From positions 1-64,000 of the forward strand of contig JBMFSH010000009.1 of NCBI GenBank assembly GCA_049967655.1: a stretch of 64,000 nucleotides of DNA, given 5' to 3'. The notes under the pieces are model-generated. The model was not told the origin of the DNA. It searched no databases and saw only the letters and a list, made by a program, of their open reading frames with translations. The position numbers and the translations under genes are program-made. Positions 58,615 to 64,000 of the stretch are shown here, one piece after another. Positions within the stretch are counted from its first letter, which is position 1; every line of letters begins with the position of its first letter. Source of the stretch: Acidobacteriota bacterium. Lineage in GTDB: Bacteria > Acidobacteriota > UBA4820 > DSQY01.

Positions 58615-59672
58615 GTCAGCCTCACCCGCGGATCGGCCGCCGCGCAGGCCAGGTCCGCGGCCAGCGTGCTCAGCAGGACGGCCACGGCGCCCAGCACCGA
58701 CTCCGCCAGGATCACGGGATAGTCCCGGGCGTAAATAGCCTGCACGAAAAGCCGCCCCAGCCCCGGCCACGCGAAGATCTCTTCGATGATCACGCTGCCC
58801 GAGACCAGGGAGGGCAGCAGGAGCCCAGCCAGCGTCAGCAGAGGAATGAGGGCGTTCCGGACGGCGTGGCGCCCAAGCACAGCCCGTTCTGTGAGGCCCT
58901 TGGCCCTGGCCGTCCGCACGTAGTCCTGGCTCAGGGCCTCCAGGACGGTGCCCCGTGTGAACCGGGCCACAAAGGCGAGCCCGCCGTAGGCCAGGCAGAA
59001 CGCCGGCAGCGCGGCGTGCTTGAGAAAATCCCAGGCTTGGGCCAGCGGCCCCATGGCTCCGGAACCGTCCGAGTGCATACCGATGAAGGGCAGAAGGCGC
59101 CAGCGGACTCCCACGAGGACGATCAGCAGCACCGCCACCCAGAAGTTGGGCAGGGAGTAGAGGCCGTAGAGGAGGACCGAACTGATGCGGTCAAAGGCGC
59201 TTCCGCGGCGGGCGGCCGCCCACAGACCGACGGGGAACGCCACCGCCACCATCAGGACGAGGGCCAGGAGGTTGAGCTGGACGGTGGCCCCGAAGGGGCT
59301 CTCCTCGAGCCCCCGGAGAAAGGTCGAGGCCGCCTCGGAGGGCGGCAGCCCCGCGGAGAGGGCCCGCCCCGCCCCTCCGAACAGCACGTCAGAAACGGGC
59401 CGCCTCTGCGAGAAGGACTCGCCGAGCGAACCCGACGCGAGGGTCCGCAGCCACCGCCAGTACTGAACCGGCCAGGGCCTGTCCAGGCCGTATCGGTGGA
59501 GCATGGCCTGGTAGTCCTCGGGGTTCATCTGGCGGCTGGGGCCTTCGCCGGGGACCTGAAGGACGGAGAAGGGGTTCCCGGGGGCGAGCTTGACCACGGC
59601 AAAGACCACCACCGTGATGAGCAAGAGCGTGGGGACCATCAGCAACACGCGCCGGACGGTGTAGGCCAGCAT
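58611..59672 (-). CDS. Peptide ABC transporter permease (OppB/DppB-like)
   Basis: YGLDRP..VQY, DYVRTARAKGL, HAVRNAL, IEEIFAWPGLG and RDYPV. Confidence 0.92.
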   Translation of the reverse strand: MLAYTVRRVLLMVPTLLLITVVVFAVVKLAPGNPFSVLQVPGEGPSRQMNPEDYQAMLHRYGLDRPWPVQYWRWLRTLASGSLGESFSQRRPVSDVLFGGAGRALSAGLPPSEAASTFLRGLEESPFGATVQLNLLALVLMVAVAFPVGLWAAARRGSAFDRISSVLLYGLYSLPNFWVAVLLIVLVGVRWRLLPFIGMHSDGSGAMGPLAQAWDFLKHAALPAFCLAYGGLAFVARFTRGTVLEALSQDYVRTARAKGLTERAVLGRHAVRNALIPLLTLAGLLLPSLVSGSVIIEEIFAWPGLGRLFVQAIYARDYPVILAESVLGAVAVLLSTLAADLACAAADPRVRLT

Positions 59673-59746
59673 GCCTCAGCCCGCCTGGCTTTGCCCGCGA
59701 CGATGCGGCCCCAGGGCGGGCCGGCGCCGAGGCCGCGCCCTCCCGG

Positions 59747-61486
59747 TCATGGCTTCTGGAGCTCCTTCGGCACCCACCAGTCGAGAAGCGAGGGGTACCA
59801 GGTGAACATGCCGTATCCCGCCCGGCTCACCCGCACATCCTGAAAGCGGTTCTTCACGGCCACCATCTGGGTCGGCCAGAAGAGGAAGGTCATGGGCTGA
59901 TCCTCGGCCACCAGCCTCTGGATCTGCCAGAAGAGGGCCTGGCGCGCCTTGAGGTCGAAGGTTCTCTCCTCCTCACCGATGAGGCGGTCCACTTCGGGAT
60001 TGGCGTAGGAACAGTCGTTCTGGCCGACGGCCATGCCCGAGGGCAGGAGCCTGGCCTGGGCGGAATCCAGCAGCGGGTAAGGGTCCGGGTCATCGCCCAG
60101 GCCCCAGCCCGAGAGGTAGGCCTGGAACTGGTGCCGGTGGGTGCGGTCCAGAAACACGCTCCACTCGACCTTCCGGATCCGCATGTCCACCCCGACACGC
60201 TTCAGCTCCTGCTGAAAGACCTCCACCCACCGAGAGAACATGTCCACCTCGGCGGGTACCAGGCATTCGAAGGAGAGGGGCTTGCCCTCCTTCTCTCGGA
60301 TGGTCTTGCCGGGCGGCAGCTTCCAACCGGCCTCGTCGAGCAGCGCCGCGGCTTTGGCGGGGTCGTACGGATAGGGCTTCACCCGCGGATCGCTCGACCA
60401 GCTCATGGGGTAGAAGGGCCCCGAGGCCACGGCGCCATGGCCCCCCAAGATGCCGTCCACGACGCCCTGGCGGTCGAGCGCATAGGTCATGGCCTGCCGG
60501 ACACGCCGGTCGGCGAAGAAGGGGTTGGAGCCGTCCATGTTCCACCCCAGGTAGAAGAACTGCCGGGCGTAGTACTCGAAGATGGAGGCCCCCGCGGCGA
60601 AGGCAGGATCGGTGCGGAGCTGGTCCCACTGCTCCGAGGAGAGGGCCGCCATGTCCAGCTGGCCCGTCTCGTAGGCCGCGAGCTGCGTCTGCCCCTTGGG
60701 GATCACCTTGAGGATCAGGCGGTCCAGGTGCGGCCGTCCGCGCCAGTAGTGGTCGTTGGCCGTGAGGACGAGCCGGTCCCCGCGCTTCCACTCCTCGAGC
60801 CGGAACGGCCCCGTGCCCACGGGGGCCTGGTTCGCCGGGCTCTGGTTGAAGGAGGCCCCCTTCCCCTTGGCGTAACCGTAGACGTGCTCGGGGATGATGT
60901 AGAAGACCCAGGCCGCCAGCCCCGGCGCGTAGGGCTCCTTCCAGGTGACGCGCACGGTGTAGTCGTCCACCTTCTCCACCCTGGCCACCTGGTCGAAGGC
61001 GGGCCGAAGCTGGACGGCGTCCACGGCGGGGTCCATGGCGGCGTGGTAGGAAAAGAGTACGTCGTCGGCGGTGAAGGGTTTCCCGTCCTGCCACAGCACG
61101 CCCTTGCGAAGATGGAAGGTGGTGGTCCGGTTGTCCGGGCTGTTCTCCCAGGACTGGGCCAGGACGCCGACGGGCTTCATGTCGGCATCCATGTCGATGA
61201 GCGGGTCGAAGATCCACTTGTAGGCCATGTAGGAGACGCGGTCGCTGGCCAGGATCGGGTTGAGCGTCACGGGGTCTACGGGTAGCGCCATGGTGAAGGT
61301 GCCGCCGTTCTCGGGGGGCGCGTGCTCGTACCGGGGCAGGAAGGCCACCGTTCGGTCCAGAGGAGAGACGGAGAGGGGGGCGGCCGGCGCGGCCGGCTTC
61401 GGCTGGCCGCCGGAGCACCCGCACAAGCCTCCGGCCAGCAGCAGGACCGTCCCCAACGCCAGACCACGCCACCACCGTGCGCCCAT
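59747..61486 (-). CDS. Peptide ABC transporter substrate-binding lipoprotein (family 5)
   Basis: Lipobox GLCG-C, TLNP, FHLRKGV.WQDGKPFTADDV, GTGPF and VRQAMTYALDR. Confidence 0.92.
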   Translation of the reverse strand: MGARWWRGLALGTVLLLAGGLCGCSGGQPKPAAPAAPLSVSPLDRTVAFLPRYEHAPPENGGTFTMALPVDPVTLNPILASDRVSYMAYKWIFDPLIDMDADMKPVGVLAQSWENSPDNRTTTFHLRKGVLWQDGKPFTADDVLFSYHAAMDPAVDAVQLRPAFDQVARVEKVDDYTVRVTWKEPYAPGLAAWVFYIIPEHVYGYAKGKGASFNQSPANQAPVGTGPFRLEEWKRGDRLVLTANDHYWRGRPHLDRLILKVIPKGQTQLAAYETGQLDMAALSSEQWDQLRTDPAFAAGASIFEYYARQFFYLGWNMDGSNPFFADRRVRQAMTYALDRQGVVDGILGGHGAVASGPFYPMSWSSDPRVKPYPYDPAKAAALLDEAGWKLPPGKTIREKEGKPLSFECLVPAEVDMFSRWVEVFQQELKRVGVDMRIRKVEWSVFLDRTHRHQFQAYLSGWGLGDDPDPYPLLDSAQARLLPSGMAVGQNDCSYANPEVDRLIGEEERTFDLKARQALFWQIQRLVAEDQPMTFLFWPTQMVAVKNRFQDVRVSRAGYGMFTWYPSLLDWWVPKELQKP

Positions 61487-61722
61487 GGCCACCTCCCTGT
61501 GTGGGGCCAGTGTACGCGATGGGAGCGGAAATGGCGAGCAGATTTCCCTCAACGGGAACGAGCGTCCGGCGCCTCATGTCTCGCGCCTTGTCCCTCGCCT
61601 CGCCTCTGGAGGGATCCGCTGGCTGGCATTCCGGGTGCGGAGATCTTACAATCTCCAGAGTGCAAACTCTAAGGAGTCGGGCGCTGGCGGCGTGATGAAC
61701 CAAGGCGGACGAGGAGGGGCCC

Positions 61723-62319
61723 ATGAAGCTGGAGAATGTCTCGGAAGCGGTGACCCTGAAAAACGGATCCCATATCCTGATCCGCTCCCTCAAACAGACC
61801 GACGGCCCCGCTCTGCAGGTTTTCTTCAAGAGCCTGCCCGAGGAGGACAGGCTGTTCCTCGACGACGACGTCACGGCCCCCAGCTTCATCGACCGCTACC
61901 TCGCCTCGGCCGACTTCGAGACCACCATTCCCCTGGTGGCCGAGCACGAGGGCAAGATCGTGGGAGTGGGCACCCTGAGGCGCCCGAGATACGGCTGGAT
62001 GTCCCACGTCGGGACCATTCGCGTGGTAGTGGCCAGGGCCATGCAGCACCGGGGCCTCGCACAGCGGCTGGTCAAGGTCCTCTCCGGGATCGCCGTGAAC
62101 CTCGGCCTCGACAAGATGGTGGCCGAGGTGGCCGAGAACCAGGCCGGCGCCCGCCGCGCCTTCGAGCGCCTCGGCTTCAAGGCCGAAGCCACCCTCAAGG
62201 GGCACATCCGCGACCTGTACGGGCGTCCCAGGGACATGGTCATCATGGCCAACGACGTCACCCACCTCTGGGAGAGCTACCGCGACCTGGCGGAGGAGTT
62301 CCTCCCCCCCGTGGAGTGA
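61723..62319 (+). CDS. GNAT family N-acetyltransferase
   Basis: LKNG..ILIR, LVAEHEGKIVG, acetyl-CoA motif QHRGLA and FERLGF. Confidence 0.85.
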   Translation: MKLENVSEAVTLKNGSHILIRSLKQTDGPALQVFFKSLPEEDRLFLDDDVTAPSFIDRYLASADFETTIPLVAEHEGKIVGVGTLRRPRYGWMSHVGTIRVVVARAMQHRGLAQRLVKVLSGIAVNLGLDKMVAEVAENQAGARRAFERLGFKAEATLKGHIRDLYGRPRDMVIMANDVTHLWESYRDLAEEFLPPVE

Positions 62320-62360
62320 GCGGGGATCGGGGATTGACGCGACAAGCGGACCCCGCCTCA

Positions 62361-62470
62361 CGTCTCCCGAGATTCCGAGATGAGGTGATAAGGAGATGCC
62401 ACAAGGAGCCGGCAGGCGGTGCGGCGTGTCTTTCCTGTCTCCTGTCCCTTGTCCCCTGTCCCCTGTCCCC
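62361..62470. repeat. Intergenic mosaic (gagatgag/gtgat octamers + tgtcccc heptamers)
   Basis: Same module order as 17359-17562. The 21-mer gagattccgagatgaggtgat (62369-62389) recurs inverted at 15452-15472. Confidence 0.7.
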
Positions 62471-62570
62471 CCGCCGCATTGACACAACCCCGTGACTGTG
62501 AAATACTTTTTCGCCTTGATGATGATCCCTGCGACCGCGTCCTACACAAGCTTTTCTCAGGAGAATTGAA

Positions 62571-63749
<1,179 letters not shown>

Positions 63750-63766
63750 AAGGAAGAAGATGATTT

Positions 63767-63846
63767 ACCACAGAGACACAGAGACAGAGAGAAAACCATC
63801 TTGGTCAAGGGGTGATATCTCCTCCGTGTCTCGGTGCCTCTGTGGT
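63767..63846. repeat. Imperfect inverted repeat (accacagag-type element) between sucC and sucD
   Basis: accacagagacacagagacagagag ... ctccgtgtctcggtgcctctgtggt. Confidence 0.75.
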
Positions 63847-63870
63847 TAGTCCTAATGTGATGAGGGTAAG

Positions 63871-64000
63871 ATGAGCATTCTGGTGAACAAAAATACGCGC
63901 GTTGTGGTTCAGGGCATCACGGGCAAGGAGGGCTCTTTCCACGCCAAGCAGTGCCTGGAGTACGGCACGCAGATCGTGGCGGGCGTCACCCCCGGCAAGG
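63871..64000 (+). CDS. sucD: Succinate--CoA ligase alpha subunit (3'-truncated)
   Basis: Manual translation gives [43 protein letters not shown]. Confidence 0.95.
   Translation, partial: MSILVNKNTRVVVQGITGKEGSFHAKQCLEYGTQIVAGVTPGK

Overview
High-GC (roughly two-thirds G+C by eye) chromosomal segment of a diderm, LPS-producing bacterium. The gene content suggests Acidobacteriota, which is inference only. The window is mostly housekeeping: folK, purD, rplY-pth, rpsF-rpsR-rplI, cysE, pyrG-kdsA-kdsD, kdsC-lapA-lapB, nadC-birA-coaX, prmA, queG, a TPP riboswitch with thiC, lptD, lemA-TPM-TPM, leuS-lptE, holA, an Opp/Dpp-type ABC transporter and sucCD. I found no rRNA, tRNA, CRISPR array, integrase or transposase. 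Five things stand out. (1) A receiver domain is fused to a type I asparaginase whose catalytic motif blocks are swapped, with HGTDT/TGSQ/K before TGGT/DSS (43710-45347). (2) A phytol-kinase-like + DUF92 fusion is translationally coupled to a UbiA prenyltransferase with homogentisate-phytyltransferase-like motifs, mirroring plant VTE5/VTE6/VTE2 (36563-39084). (3) A DnaA-box cluster with an AT-rich tract lies between convergent genes, a candidate oriC with no dnaA in the window (29670-29811). (4) Modular intergenic repeat mosaics (7/8-mer arrays plus GTAG-type REP doublets) recur, with one ~250-bp architecture present twice in inverted orientation. (5) A possible c-di-GMP receptor cluster contains a stand-alone MshEN protein, a zinc-ribbon/pseudopilin-domain protein, a TPR protein and an Hpt-REC-REC-degenerate GGDEF protein. 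All calls come from reading motifs by eye; no database searches were run.
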